A stretch of 64,000 nucleotides of DNA from Nitrospirales bacterium (GCA_965203295.1 CBDBCZ010000014.1:544001-608000); one strand, 5' to 3'; positions 13,255-27,040 are shown, numbered from the stretch's first letter. A program made the numbers and translations. The notes: generated by a model not told the origin, from the letters alone.

Positions 13255-16200
13255 CCAAGAGTGGAGAAAGAACATCTGAATTGAGAACAAATGTTCACCT
13301 CCTTACATTAAATTGTAAGTCTCTTCTTTTGCAAACCTCTTTCATGCTTTAATGATACGCATTTGTATGGACTCAGGATGACTGATACACAATGCAGCAT
13401 GATGTTTGCTGCTTCTGCTGGTAAACACCTACAAGCCAGTACTTTGATCGAAGTAAAACGCTTCATGTCATTTGCAGCATTGCAAATCTGTTAAAAAAAA
13501 GAGTACCAATTAATGAATTCTGCAGTTACAAAAAAGTGTATAGAGGTAGTGGAAAATCATTTAGCTGCTGCAATCCAAAAACAAGAGTAGTCACAACTTT
13601 CACAATCAATACTATAGCCAATTACATTCACGGTATATATAGAACACCACATTAGAGTTTAAATTTATGTTTAAAGCTGGTCATACAAAATTCATTGCAA
13701 TATAACCTGCAATAGCAACTTGAATGTCTCCAAGCTCCAAACTCGGTACTAGACAGTAGTCATTTAACACACCCAAGAAGAAGAATGCCCTTTCCCTCTC
13801 TTGACAAACACCACAGCACTCGATGAACTTGTTAATAAGCTCAGTATTTGGAATAATCCGAGGAACTTCTTTTGACAAATAACCGCCACAAAATATATGA
13901 TAGACAATCCACCTAGTAGCTTTGATGCTTCCATTACAGAGAGAGCCTTCTACTAGAATATGATATGTTTCTACATCAGGTTCAATTTGATCGGCAATCA
14001 TATCCCTATACGCTGTGAGTGTTGCTCCCATGTGTCCCAATCTTCAGCATGCTTTTAGCCCAAGGTTGTAGGCTTTTACATTTCTTGGTGCATTCTTTGC
14101 TTTCATAAGCTGTAAAAAAATAAGTTGGAAGCCATACTTTGACCTTCAAGATACGGACGTACGTATGCATGAAAAGTTCACTTCTGTATACCATCATCTT
14201 ATATGCTTTCCTGTTATTATAATTGAAAATACAGCATGCCGCGTGTGCTTATGAACCAACTACCCATGTGTGTATGTACTACTGTACCAACTAGTGAATG
14301 AAGCCAATCCTGGGGTCCGAAAACTATACAGTAATTTACAGATTACTACTTCTGTGCTACGGCTTGCAATTTTCCTGAAGCAGCACAGTAGTAGCAGGGC
14401 TTATGAATAAACATATTATGTATTGCCAAAACGAAGAACGACAGAGAGTTTTAGCTACGTACATATTTAGCTATTCTACATGTACGTACATACTCTTAGC
14501 TGGCATGTAAGTATGTGCTTGAAATAGTCTATCGAGCTAGGAAGGATCTAGTTTGATAGACTAATGCTTGAACTGCATCACGTACATACTAGCTGTCATG
14601 CTTACACAGAGGTATAATTTATAGCCAGAACCTCGTAGGTGTGTTTGTCGAATGCAGACCGGCCATGAAAGAAGTCATGCTGGACAAATGGCTGCAGTTC
14701 TTCTTCATTTCCACACCTACATAAGGAAGGAAATATGCTGTCAGTAAGTACCAGTCACACACTGTTAAGTTATCCAAAGCCATGGTATGTGCATAGCGCA
14801 GATTAGGTGCTGAAAGAAATTACCATTATACATGTAACATATGCATATCTTCTGATTGAGCTTACAGTTGTGCAGTAAAGCACTAACTTATTCATGGCGC
14901 GCCTCTAGATACGTGTAGCATGTGAAGAGAATTGTACTTATTTCCACTGTTTAGCATCTATGCAACACAAAACTATACTGCTCGATGAAGACAACTTCCA
15001 GTAGTACACTCTGTAACTATTATAGTGTACTAACCAGTTTCTAAAGATGATGTACACGCACACAATCTACATAACATTATTCTTCACACGCAGAACTTAC
15101 GTACATATATAACAGGCAACTCATGCAGCTACATTTCAAGGCTAGCTTTTTAAGCTATTACTAGGCATGCGCAGCTTTATGCACATATATTAATATGTAT
15201 GGCCAAGTGCAGCCTCTTTTTACATGCTAACAATGTGACTCGTGACCTTGGAGAGAACTACTCCCACATTCTTCTCCAAAATGGCAAGATATAATAGGAA
15301 GGTCTGTGTTCCAGGTAGCATAATTATACAAACACTCTATGTACCTTTGGGTGTCCCTGAGCTATAGCCTGGAGGTAGATAGCTGCATTCACCACTTGCA
15401 AGGCTTGCTTTGCATGTAATGAATACTCCACATCTGCTACGTGTACCTTTAGGAAATATACATCACGTACACACTTAGTCAGCTAGATTACACATTATCA
15501 CTATGCTGTAAAGCATTTTTAGTGAAAGAGTTATTAACACATGCTTAAAAAATACACAGTAAACTCGTACTCTGGAAAATAAATATGAGGCAACATGGGA
15601 ACAACCCTAAGTGTTAGCACGCTTAGTTAGTATACTGATTAACATTCACCTCAAACACATATAGCTGTAAACACTGAGCCCTGAATGGGACAAAATATAT
15701 CAGAATACACCATACACTGCCTATTCGAATATTAATCAAATATTAATCAGTGCACTTACTCTATCACTCAGTGTAGAGTCCTTCCAGAAAAGATTATACA
15801 CCTACAATAATACACAGTGTTAAAACATCATATAAGCATTCAATACATGCGCTGGCAATGACATACAAAAGTGACATGCTCACCAGTACAACTATACCAA
15901 GACATTACAACTGTACAGAAACTGTTAGTCACTACAAAGTACATATACATGACAATAAAACAACCTTGGCTGCAGTTTTCCAGTCTTGAAATTTTGCAGC
16001 ACTCCCAAAATCAAGTGTAACTGATCTCATTGGTACTGTGATAGAGCTACGTATGTATGCATATAGAATGATAGCATGGCATGAACCATGATGTGATACT
16101 GTTACATTAGCATACGTATGTGTGCATGCATCGTTGAAATTAATAAGGCTAAAAAAAATGATATAAACGGGTGGCTCTTTAGGTTTACTTATGGAAATTA

Positions 16201-17887
16201 AATACTTTACCAAACTCTCTTAGTAGCTATAAGCATTCAGTTAGATGGCTTGGCAATTGCTGTGAAAATATCTACGCTAGCTGTATTGTAGCCTTTTAAC
16301 ACTGTACGTTGGTCAACTAGTAGCAGTCCAGTAGGTGCAAAAAGCATCTGCCATACCCTACAATGCTTGCCAACCTGTGCTGTTTATTCTGGATTGTGAC
16401 ACGTTCAATTAAAATGGTCCAGCTTTACTACTATTAACCGAATTTACATGTAAACGTATTCTGCATCGAGCTTGAAATCTTGATAATATATGGCATGCAT
16501 GTTCCATGCCTGTTACATGGACTTTGACAGACATTCCAGGACCTAGAAACATGATTGTTCATATCAGAACATGCATGCATGCTTCCTTCAAATTTAAAAC
16601 ATGCATAGTCATGCAAGAACATGCATAGTCATGCAAGAACATGCATGGTCATGCAAAGTATATCCAATGCTATGCATGCAACATGCACGTAAACTGCAGG
16701 TACATACATGCAAGACATGCATAAGTTACATGAAGCAGGCATGGAACATGCATGCCATTTTTTCACTTAGCCCATGAAATGGAAACTGGCTGGTACAAAT
16801 ATATTACCGATAATTAAAGGCATTAAATACCAGTGTTACAGAGAAGTGATAAGGAATCTTCATGAATTGATCTTTACTACAATTTAATATGAAGCTGAAA
16901 TTAAAAAACACCTACATGTATGTAAACACCCGACTTGTTAATCACTTGTCGATGATGCTCATTTATACATGTAGGCTACAGTTTGCTTTGAGTGTCTCAT
17001 CTCATGAGGACACTGCAGCAGTTTCACTTTTACATGTACAAGTAGGTCAAAATATCTCCACATAAACACTCAGAGGCCCTCATGTATGTATGTAGGTAGA
17101 CCCAAGCTACACGGACATGTACATAGCAACTGTAAGGATGAAACCTGCAAACTGCTACATTGTTCTCTTGCAGCACCCAGAGCAAACTGCAGCCTATGAA
17201 CGAGAATTACCAGCAGGTAATTACCAAGTCAGGTGTTTTTAATTTCAGTTACTTATTAAATTTCAATCATGAAGGCTCATTATCACTCCTCTATAAAACT
17301 GGCATTGTTTGAATGTGGGCTGTACAAGCAAGCACATGTAGCAATATTAACTGGGAGGCTTCCATGTAGGCCATCATATATTATGACCAGACTTTAACTA
17401 TAGCTGTAGGTATACGTACTTACCCCCACTTTATGTTTGTGAATACTCTGAGAGCTATAGCTGGTTGGTTTGCTAGTGAGAACCCACTGGCTAACGCCAG
17501 AGATGAGGCAGTGTAAAGATCACCATAATACTGCATGTAATGCACACATCACAAGTAATCAAAAACTAATGTAACCGTACACACATGTATACACGTGATC
17601 TTAGAAGTGGTGAAGCCTGCATGGGTCCTAAAAATATCATCAGAAGCTTGGAAGGAGTGGGTAGGGACGTATACACTGTCTGTGGTATATACATGCATTT
17701 AAGCCAAACTCTTTAATAAGCAATCCCATTGATGCGTGTTTATTGAGTGCACCAAGTGCCTCCAGTTTTACAACATGCAGGTATGAGTTACTGGTCATAA
17801 ATATGATGACACACTTCCAAGGCTGAGGATGAAATGGTCATACTCTAGCAAACCCCTGGCGGCTTCAGCCAGGAACTGCTCATCATC
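13255..17887 (-). pseudogene. Decayed multi-exon PPR/alpha-helical-repeat protein gene
   Basis: 13681-14040 has PPR-like repeats (AYRDMIADQIEPDVETYHILVEG; IIPNTELINKFIECCG); exon-like segments at ~14630-14717, 15760-15801, 17424-17530 and 17792-17887, with frameshifts. Joining them into one gene is inferred. Confidence 0.5.
16826..17305. repeat. Old diverged foldback (inverted-repeat) element
   Basis: Arms GAGAAGTGATAA...GAAATTAAAAAACACC...GGCTACAGTTTGCTTTG versus CAGAGCAAACTGCAGCC...GGTGTTTTTAATTTC...TTATCACTCCTC. Confidence 0.55.
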
Positions 17888-18941
17888 CTGAATGGAAGTA
17901 CGTAAATCAGAGTCATGTTTAAGGCTTGTGCTAGAACATACATAAGTACCATCAGTACAACTGACTTATTAAGCTAGTAATGTCACCAGTACTAAAATGG
18001 AGTTAGAATCTGTAAGTTATGTCTATAGGCTTGGGACGTTTTGTTTTGCTGCAGAATACGTCCATGGAAGTGTAAGGTATCAATAGTATCTCCACTTACA
18101 TAGTAAACCATAAACGTACTGCAATGTATACGAACAGTTAGATATGTATACAGTAACCTATCCAACTATATCGTAAACTTCAGATCTGCATTTACACACA
18201 TACCTCTATCTTAGGTGTTGTATACGTATGCTGTAAACTAGAAGTCTCTAGCAGAGACATACCCCGCGGTGCATAATTCACAACTTGGAGCTGGCAGGAC
18301 TGCAGACTGGACTGATCGAGTAGTTGGCAATGTGTACATGTATATCACTGGCTGTGTATCCACACGCAGAGTGTACGCGTATATATATATCTGTATATCC
18401 TATGGGAAGTGGTGGGCATGACTGATTGCCAATATGAACACGTGACCAGAGTCCGTATATGCCTGGCCTCTATCGTATTCTAGTTGTGACCGTATTAAAA
18501 TGGCAGAATACACCTTTGTTAAATAAGAAATAGCTGTAGATACAGCGAATGGAACCGCTTTGGCGACTATCAGGTACACACCCGGACATTTGTTTTTTGA
18601 TTTCAATGTTACTGTCGTGTTTAGCAATCGCTTAACCCTGTAAATCGCGAGATAGGCCGATTTTTGAGTGGACAGACACCTGACAGACGGACGGACGGAC
18701 GGACGGACAGAACCAATTTACGGTGGCCCTGAGAGACACTCCGCGACGTAAGCGGGAGCGCCGCCCAGCTGGCGGAGGTATGAACGCCGATTGGTCGGGA
18801 GCGCCGCTCGCCTAGCGGAGGTATAAACGCCGGTTAGGCGGACCGGAGGCCGCTCGTACGGCGCAAGAAGTTCACTGTCGAAATGCGATCGCGCGATATC
18901 GCAGCGATATGATAGTTTAAGTCATGTGATCCAACTACAAG

Positions 18942-21514
18942 ATGCTGCCAAGAGATCTCGATAGGCTCAGTATATGTATAGCTTACAATCAATCAATCAA
19001 TCAAACTTTTTATTAAAGTGACATGCCCATTATAATACGAAATTATGTACATATAATGGTGCCCAGCCATGATATGGCTTATAAGTCACCATGGGTATGT
19101 GAATTCGTGACTTATACAAAGAGGAAGAACGTACTTTAAGCATTTTATACAAACATTTAGCAATTAAGTTCTGACAACACGATTCATTTCTTAATACACA
19201 AGCATATTAAAAGGGTTAAGGTGTATGAATGACAGGTCCTTTTGAGTGATATAATATAGTACCTTTCATGTTCAAGTTTACATTATGTATGCATCGCAGG
19301 GCTCCTTATAGAGTATTTTTACTCCTGGAGGAAGTACAGTACGATATTGAAGCGGTTGGAGTTGGTACATGGCATAAAAAGAAGGTAATAGGGAGTGTAA
19401 AACCAATTCAAATATATGGTCCTAAGTTTAATATGTCCTGTAGCATGACTTGGCTAAAACAGCACTTCAGACGCCTAGAGTTGAAGAGGCGAACAACGGA
19501 TCCACCAGAGTTACATGTGCGCATGCTGATTAAGGTAAAGAACTACTTTGGCACACTGCATGGATGTGCTAGTATTGTACACTATTCATGATATTGTATT
19601 TTTGAATGTATAGAGTCTCCTGAGAACTTCAGATTCCTTGAGGGGCTACAGGGCGGCATGGAAGTTGTTGCGTGATAAATTCAAAGTCATCGTTCGCAGG
19701 TATAATGCTTTATGTACTTTGATGGTATAGTATACATTTTGTGTTTTGACAGCACTTTGACTCTTCCTTGAAGTGTATTGAAATGCTGTAAAACGTTCGT
19801 TAATAAAACGCTTGTTCCTCCACCATTATTGTCTATAGTATAGTTAAGATGCCCATCTCAGTACACCACAGACAGCCATGCACGTTGTTCCTTAATGCGG
19901 GATCAGCACTATATAAACACCATGATTATTAATCCACACAGAGAGACTGTACGAAGATTGTTAAAGGATTAAGATCCTGAAGGAGTGTCTCTTAGGAGAC
20001 AGCGAAAACTTAAGAGGAGGATCTATAGAAACAAAGTAATATTTTTTATGACTTTAGTTTCAAGGTTTTAGTATTAATTCCTAGCTCCTCCCGAACAGGG
20101 ACCAAACTATATATGGCACATCGATGGATATGATAAGCTGACACCTTTGGATTGACAATTCATGGTGCTATTGATGGGTATGTTAATGTAGTTAAGCATA
20201 CAACATGTAAATTACTATGAGTGTTTCTTTTATGCTATTAGATTTTCCAGACGACTTCTATGGCTAAAATTGGCGCCTACAAACAGCAACTCCAAAGTGA
20301 TTGCTCGCTATTACCTCGAATGTGTTGAGCAGATGGCAGGTGCAAATACTACCGTACATAATTATATGTACATGTTGTTTTAGGCATAGTAAACTGAAAG
20401 CCATGTAGGTGTTTCAATTGTGTTACACTGACGGATCACCAACTTTAGGATGCCCAGCTATTCTGAGGAGCGACTATGGTACCGAAAATGCGACTTTAGC
20501 TACAATTCATGTAACATTCAGGCTGCAACACTCAGACTCTTTAGCAGGAGAGAAAAGTTTCATGTATGGGAGTTCTAAATCAAACATAGTAAGTCATTCA
20601 TTAATGGACTTATAGCAATAGCTGACTGCATGGCATTTCAAACTCATTTATTCAGAAAATAGAGGAGTGGTGGTCTCAGTTGAAGAAATCTAAATCTCAT
20701 TGGTGGATTGATGTTTACAAGGTACATGTCTAATATAGGATTAATATTTACCTCGAATTTAAAACTGTATAATAATTATTGTAATGCACATGCAGGACCT
20801 TGTTGCCAACAGACTGTTTGATAGCAACTGTGACTTGCACAGGTAGAAAGTAATATGCATACAGTTAGTCATGTATATAAGTTACTGTTTCAGTAGCAGT
20901 AACTGACTGTATGTGTGCAATGCATGCGCATGTGCAGGTGACAAAATCATGCAAGTACACATGCACTCACACGATAATGATAGCACTTCAAAAATGAGTT
21001 AAATTTGTTATTGAACACAGTGTGATGAGGACTAAGACTACATGTAGTCATACTCTACAAGTGTTCTTGCTTTATACAGGCAGTGTCTTGCGTTTACATT
21101 TGCTGGTGTGCTGCAGAGTGAACTGGATGAGTTCATGAGAGACTGGAACACACACAAAATCAGGCACAATTCTTTGGCCGACTGTCCAAGTGGTATTCCT
21201 GACGACCTATATGATATGCCTGCACATGTTGGTGGGTAGCTGCATGTTCAGCCATGCTCTGTAACTATGGATATCACTATATAGTAATCATCTAATGTAC
21301 AGGTGCAGAAGACCACTTGAAGACAGTATATCACAACATCTGGGTTCGGGCAATGAGGGAAAAGTCACAATCATCCCCACCATTTTACCCACCCTCCTTT
21401 GAAACACTAGCCAGAGCTGCACTTTGGGATGGATTTCACATGCAGAGAGAAGATATTGATGCCACAAACCTTAAAGCTGTCTATGTATACTTAGCAAACA
21501 AACTCAGTCACTGA
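18942..21514 (+). pseudogene. IS3EU DDE transposase (N-terminal HTH/Clr5-like region + integrase core), about 11 exons, disabled
   Basis: Spliced: LLIEYFYSWRKYSTILKRLELVHGIKRS/MTWLKQHFRRLELKRR.../GYRAAWKLLRDK/DPEGVSLRRQRKLKRRIYRNK/GPNYIWHIDGYDKL...IHGAIDG/FSRRLLWL/RSDYGTEN/KIEEWWSQL/WNTHKIR...GIPDDLY; in-frame TAA ~19970 and 1-bp deletion ~20147; first exon tentative. Confidence 0.9.
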
Positions 21515-21561
21515 GTCTGTGGATATCATACTCAAAAGAAAAACATCTAGACAATGACTCT

Positions 21562-21750
21562 GAGGACAACAAATGAATGGTATCATAAGTGAGGCTACAT
21601 GTATATAGCAGGGAGGGTAATGATAAGACCAACGGTTGTCAGGATGCTAGGCTACGAGGACAGCAAATGAATGGTATCATAAGTGAGGCTACATGTATAT
21701 AGCAGGGAGGGTAATGATAAGACCAACGGTTGTCAAGATGCTAGCCTACG
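21562..21750. repeat. Two tandem copies of a 94-bp unit between the convergent transposase and kinase genes
   Basis: GAGGACA(A/G)CAAATGAATGGTATCATAAGTGAGGCTAC... starting at 21562 and 21656. Confidence 0.9.
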
Positions 21751-24700
21751 TATCATACTCAGTCCAGTATTGCATCACCTGCATGTGGGAGGGTACGTGA
21801 TCCATTATTATGATTACACACAGCTACATGTAAGTTGACTATTTTACGTACAGTGGCAGAGGTTGCCCTGATGGAGTGCCTCTTAAGACAGGCCAAGATA
21901 ACGGAATGAAACATTTTCAACAACTTCATATCCTTCAGGCGTACAATTGCAGGATCCTGGATGGTCTGGAATTTTTCCAGTTGTTGTATACTCTCTTCAC
22001 AGTGCTCGTACTAATAGAGAAGCGTATATAGATAATGGCATGATTATTAAAAAACAATGAATCCCATACCAATGCAGCATCAACACGCTGGGGGTCATAG
22101 GCTTTCAGAGCAGTATAAACCTCCAGTGCTACCTGTGGAAGAAAAAATTATCCACTTGTACTGTATGGAAAAAGAACAACTTACGATTCCATAACTATAC
22201 ATGTCGTTCTTTGGACTGAACTTTGCTCCTTGAATCTCAGGTGGCATATATCCACTAGTACGGGCAATTAGTGGAGCAGTGACCAAAGTTTTCCCAGGCT
22301 GCGACTGTGGCATGTCAAGGGCAAAACCAAAGTCCCCCAACTTTGCCTTGTACCCATTCTGGTCCAGCAGTATGTTGAGGCTATTGATTGAAAAGGAGCA
22401 CATAACATAAAACAAGATGACAGGGTAGCAGGCTGCTTACGACTTCACATCCTGATGGACGAGGGGTGGGCTGCCTGCATGTAAGTAAGCAAGAGCTCGG
22501 CAAGTATCCATTAGGATAAGACCCCGCTGTTCCCACGACAGCAGCTTCGCACTGTTCATATTAAAAAAATTATGAAAGTTCAAAAGTTTAATGTGTGTTA
22601 GATTTCCCATTTACCTCATGGATATTATGGTACAGACTTCCCATTGGGAGGTACTCATATACCAGAGCTATCAGTGTGGTAGTGCAATAACCCATTAAGT
22701 CAACCAAGTTTGGATGACGGTACCTATATAATTTTTATTATGTTAAGCATGAAAAACGAATGTGTTCAATAACATGCATGCAATATGATAATTAGTACTA
22801 CGAATTCACTGACACCTACTTTGTGAGGGCGCTAAGCTCAGCCTCCAGTTGACTGCGGGCATCACTATACTTGAACTTTCGAATTGGCTTTGTTCTTCAC
22901 CACCAATAATGACTGCTTTCACTCCACTCTGTGCGAGACATAAAGGATTTCATTTACCACTTCATTTTCTACCAAACATGGCAATTATATACCTTGTTCA
23001 GAACTTTCACCGCCACAGAGGTTCCGCTATTGCGAAGATTTTTGCCCAAATAGACAGTCCCATATGCACCTGTTCCTATCAGGCGTCCAGAACTAAACTG
23101 GGCAGTGGCCTCCTCGAGCTCTTCTCTCCTGAACTGCATGGAAAGGCCTTGCTCTAGGTGAAGGAAAATGAAATAGATTTTCATTAGGGACCCAAAAGTT
23201 TTAGGCGGTGCACACATCAACGCTACCTCGAATTTCTCTTCGCCGTGTGAAGGATGTCTTTGCTTGGGAAAGGTCTACAAGAAAGTTAATACATGTACAT
23301 TTAGTACTACACTTGATACCTTCAATAATCAGGTATTTGATTGATCACATGCATGATAACACTTCAAATTTGCATACCAGCAGTTGGCTTGAGATGAACA
23401 GTAAAAATTTCACTCTTGCTCTCCAAGCCACACGTTGCTGTACACTTGTACAGCCCTGCTTTTCGCACATGTAACATAGGGGTGGAAGGGAACTGGTGAT
23501 CAGGGCGATCCATAATTACCCACTTGTATGTTGTTTTCTCATGGTGGGAAGACAAGCAGTAGAGAGGGTACACACTCTTCAAGGATGCCAATGTGATGTC
23601 TGGAGGACTTTTATATAGTAGCTGAAAGTCTGGTATTTAAAGATTAGGATATAATGATAAGGGATCTCAATCACATAATGCTCTTCAGATTATACATTCA
23701 TACCAGATGTGGATCCAATAACTTTCAAAGAGCCCCCAGTTCCAGGCTCTAGTATGGTCTGTTTCCCTGAGCATATAATAAGTATGTGCTGTGGCTTAAG
23801 GCACTTTGTGAGTTGACAAGGCATAGCCATGTTTTGAAAGCTTCAGTAAGTAGTTGCTAGCTAGCTACCACAGAACATGCACCCACTTGAGACACAGTAG
23901 AAGCACTAAAAAACATAGTAACTGCATGTTCTCAAGAACTTGAAAGCTCCTATATTTTTCCAAATACCGTATGTATAATATGCGCCTTCCCTCTCTCCCT
24001 TATTTTTGGATCATACTTCAATGATTGCAACATACCTTCTGGTGTGTGTCTGATGAGGCGCGAGACCTGAAATCCCTCATTCTCGGGAAGGAATGGCTCA
24101 GAGGAATCCATTTCCACTTCTGAATCTTTATCAACTTGCACATGTAGCCATGCAGCAGATCTTGAAAAATCATCTGGAAGGCTATCACTGCTATCGTCAC
24201 TCACACGACTATACCATACTGTAAAATCAAGTTAAATTATTGTGTCAATTAATTTCAAAAGAATGAATTGTATAAGCCCTGTACCTTCTGTGTCATCTGA
24301 GGCTTTGGACAGTTGAGCTCTGGATCCACTGGTACATCAACCATCATCTCCTAAACAGGGGCCTCAAAGTCAATATTCTCAGTAATCTAACTTATGCAAT
24401 CATATACAAGTCATACCTGATCACACTTCATGGTCTCGTCGACCACTGCCAATCCAAACTCAATCTTGCTGGCCTTCTTATGTCTCTGTCGCAAAAAAAA
24501 ACCCAAGTGTCCACGCAGTTTTATCTTTGAGCTGGGTTGGCAACAGAGCTCCGGATGCTGCACTGACAAGAGCAAACTTCTTTCCTTCAGGCTGGACAGT
24601 GCCTAGTGCATGGGCAGCCTTCATTGCTACTTGCATGGACATAACCATCCTGCTTATCCAGGCAAACTTCAACAGCAGCTGAATCTTTTACGAACTTTCC

Positions 24701-25395
24701 AGCATGAGTGACCATCATCTTGTACACATTCATCTGTAAAATATAAGGCTACCACAGAGTAATTACTGCCATTATTATTTGTCATTTAATTTATAATTAC
24801 CTGAACATGCACTGATACCCCAGTACCACTATGCTTCTGAGTATGCTTCTGTGCTGCACTCAACTTGCGCTTCTTGATGTTTCGTGCGATTGCCTGGCCT
24901 CGCTCAAGCAAACACATCACCAGAGCCTTCAGAAATACACATGCCACAGTGCAGACAGATAATTTGCAGCTCTACATATATACTGGCCAGCATTTTCCAA
25001 ACAGACACATACCACTTCCAGCAACTGCAACGCTGTCGGTCTCCACCGCCTTACGGCCTACCATGTACCAATACAGAAATATAATGCATGCACGTGCCAG
25101 TTATAATTGGCAATTTTACCTCCCTTCCGGCTTGATGTAGTTACGAAGCTGTCACTATCACTCTCGCTGTCACCTATACATTGAAAGTACAGATGGTCAA
25201 TACTGTGCTCGCGGCCATCTAATCTCTCAACAAAAGAGGCAGCACCATGCATGCACGTCGACCGTTTACTAACGGCCTATAGCGTTTTGCAGTCCAATAA
25301 ATCACAGTGCATAGCGTAATCTCTATCAGCTCCCTTGCTTTCACTAGCATACTGTCAGAAAGGTGTAGAAAATAGCTAGCAATCTTCTTGCCATC
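21746..25395 (-). pseudogene. Ig-domain + IRAK/Pelle-like (non-RD) protein kinase gene carried inside the transposon
   Basis: Exons: Ig-like YPLYC...YKW...GLYKC (~23378-23630); FRREELEEATAQF...IGTGAYGTVYLG...VAVKVL; QLEAELSALTK/YRHPNLVDLMGYC...LVYEYLPMGSL; LSWEQR...LAYLH...LVHQDVKS/LNILLD...KLGDFG...GYMPPE...DMYSYGI/VALEVYT; frameshifts at ~22890, 24630 and 24500 and a damaged acceptor ~22555; 5' limit approximate. Confidence 0.85.
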
Positions 25396-25469
25396 TTCTC
25401 TCTCATTCCCCGCGTAACAATTAACACGTGCAAGACGTGATTGCGCATGCGTTCGCGCAGAGGGTATTC

Positions 25470-26190
25470 ATACTTATAATGACGACTGGCTCTTCTGGAA
25501 GCGTGTTCATCAGCTGCTCGGCCTAAAGAGTTTCATAATCAAATAAAATAAAAATAATAATCATGGCAATATAACACAGTAGCCACATACCTCTTCAGTA
25601 CAAATCTGGTGGATTTCCTGTAGCAACAATATAACAGCCTCAGGCACCAGTACATCCATAACATACGTGAACATCTGAATTAGAAAAAAATCATGCAGCA
25701 CATTCTAAGTGCATACCTAGTACCTAGTATAGTGGCAGGCTTGCTTCTCAATAACATGGGCCAGCTAGTGCTCGACATTGGAAATTAGATTACCTTCATG
25801 TCTGTACGACAAAACTTCCTCACTAGGAATTCGGGAATGATTTCTCGCTGTTGTGAGTTCAATCTTTGGTTCCACAATTGATACTTGAGAGTAGCTGTGA
25901 ACCACAAAATGCAGTAAAGTTGCTCTCCATCCAATGCCTACTAGTCTACCTAAAACTAATGGCTATTAGCTACCTCGCTTCTTAGGAGGTCCGTCCCTGA
26001 AAATATTATGTCTCCAGGAAGGTATCTGTTTCAGTATCATGCATGCAGGCAAACAAGAAATGTCAAACTGTATACACTACATGCTTTAGGTCCTACTGTT
26101 ACCTCTTCAGCACGCACACACTCTAGCCGTGGAAGTTTTGCTTCTAGCCAGGCTGTTAGTTCTTCTGGGGACACCTCTCCCACACATCTA
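25470..26190 (-). pseudogene. Third cargo gene resembling the C-terminal domain of PWWP3/MUM1
   Basis: GT-AG exons: ...MILKQIPSWRHNIFRDGPPKKR / TLKYQLWNQRLNSQQREIIPEFLVRKFCRTDMK / MFTYVMDVLVPEAVILLLQEIHQICTEE / AEQLM; the DVLxPEA motif resembles PWWP3A-C (recognised by eye only). Confidence 0.5.
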
Positions 26191-26345
26191 AAGCCACACA
26201 TGCATGCACAAATATATAAAAAAAAAGTAGAATAGTGCACATGGGAACCCACGCACATTACATGCACAGTATAGCTATAGCTGCCAATAGCTATGTACGT
26301 ACACTCAACATACAGTATTATAGAAAATCCCACCCACTATAGATG

Positions 26346-26443
26346 TAGTCTGGATCAGACCCTCCATTCTCAAGGGAAAGCGTAGGACTGTTCCCTAATT
26401 TTCCTACGCTTTCCCTTGAGAGTGGAGGGTCTGATCCAGACTA
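26346..26443. mobile_element. TAG...CTA hairpin MITE with 9-bp TSD
   Basis: Near-perfect hairpin TAGTCTGGATCAGACCCTCCA...TGGAGGGTCTGATCCAGACTA; CTATAGATG on both sides. Confidence 0.9.
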
Positions 26444-26828
26444 CTATAGATGAGCAGTTGGCTCACTTCATGCACACAGTAGTTTACGCAAAGAATACGG
26501 AAATATACAAAGATATTGCTACAGCGTCTCACCCAGAGCCTATATACAACTTCATATTTACAAAGTTTAACCTCACCCTAACCTTTTTTTATTCATTCTT
26601 AGCAACCTCAGCGAGCGCGTATGTGTAGTTGTACAACAGTTGGTTGTCAGCCTGCTGCAGATGCACGCGCACATCGGTCGATTATATTTATGGACAAAAA
26701 TCCAGTTCTGCGCAGTTGCCGCAACACTCCCGCCTATATATATATATATATACAGCGGAGAAGATTCCGCCAGGCGAGCGGACATTCCGCCTCTTCGGCG
26801 GCACCCAGTAGAGTTGATTCCGGTAGTC

Positions 26829-27040
26829 GGGCGGCGCTCCCGCTCGCATCGCGGAGTCCGCCTGACCGACGTTTATACCTACGCTAGCTGGGCGGCGCTC
26901 CCGCTCGCATCGCGGAGTCCGCCTGACCGACGTTTATACCTACGCTAGCTGAGCGGCGCTCCCGCTCGCATCGCGGAGTCCGCCTGACCGGCGTTTTTAC
27001 CTACGCTAGCTGGGCGGCGCTCCCGCTTGCGTCGCGGAGT
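26829..27040. repeat. 61-bp subterminal tandem repeats of the IS3EU right end (3.5 copies)
   Basis: Units start at 26829, 26890, 26951 and 27012; related inverted partial units at ~18750-18845. Confidence 0.9.

Noticed and set aside
16470..16760. CATGCA-rich stretch
   Set aside because: Low-complexity repeat without definable termini.
26829..27040. CRISPR-like regularly spaced repeats
   Set aside because: Units are contiguous 61-mers with no unique spacers, no cas genes, eukaryotic context; they are transposon subterminal repeats.
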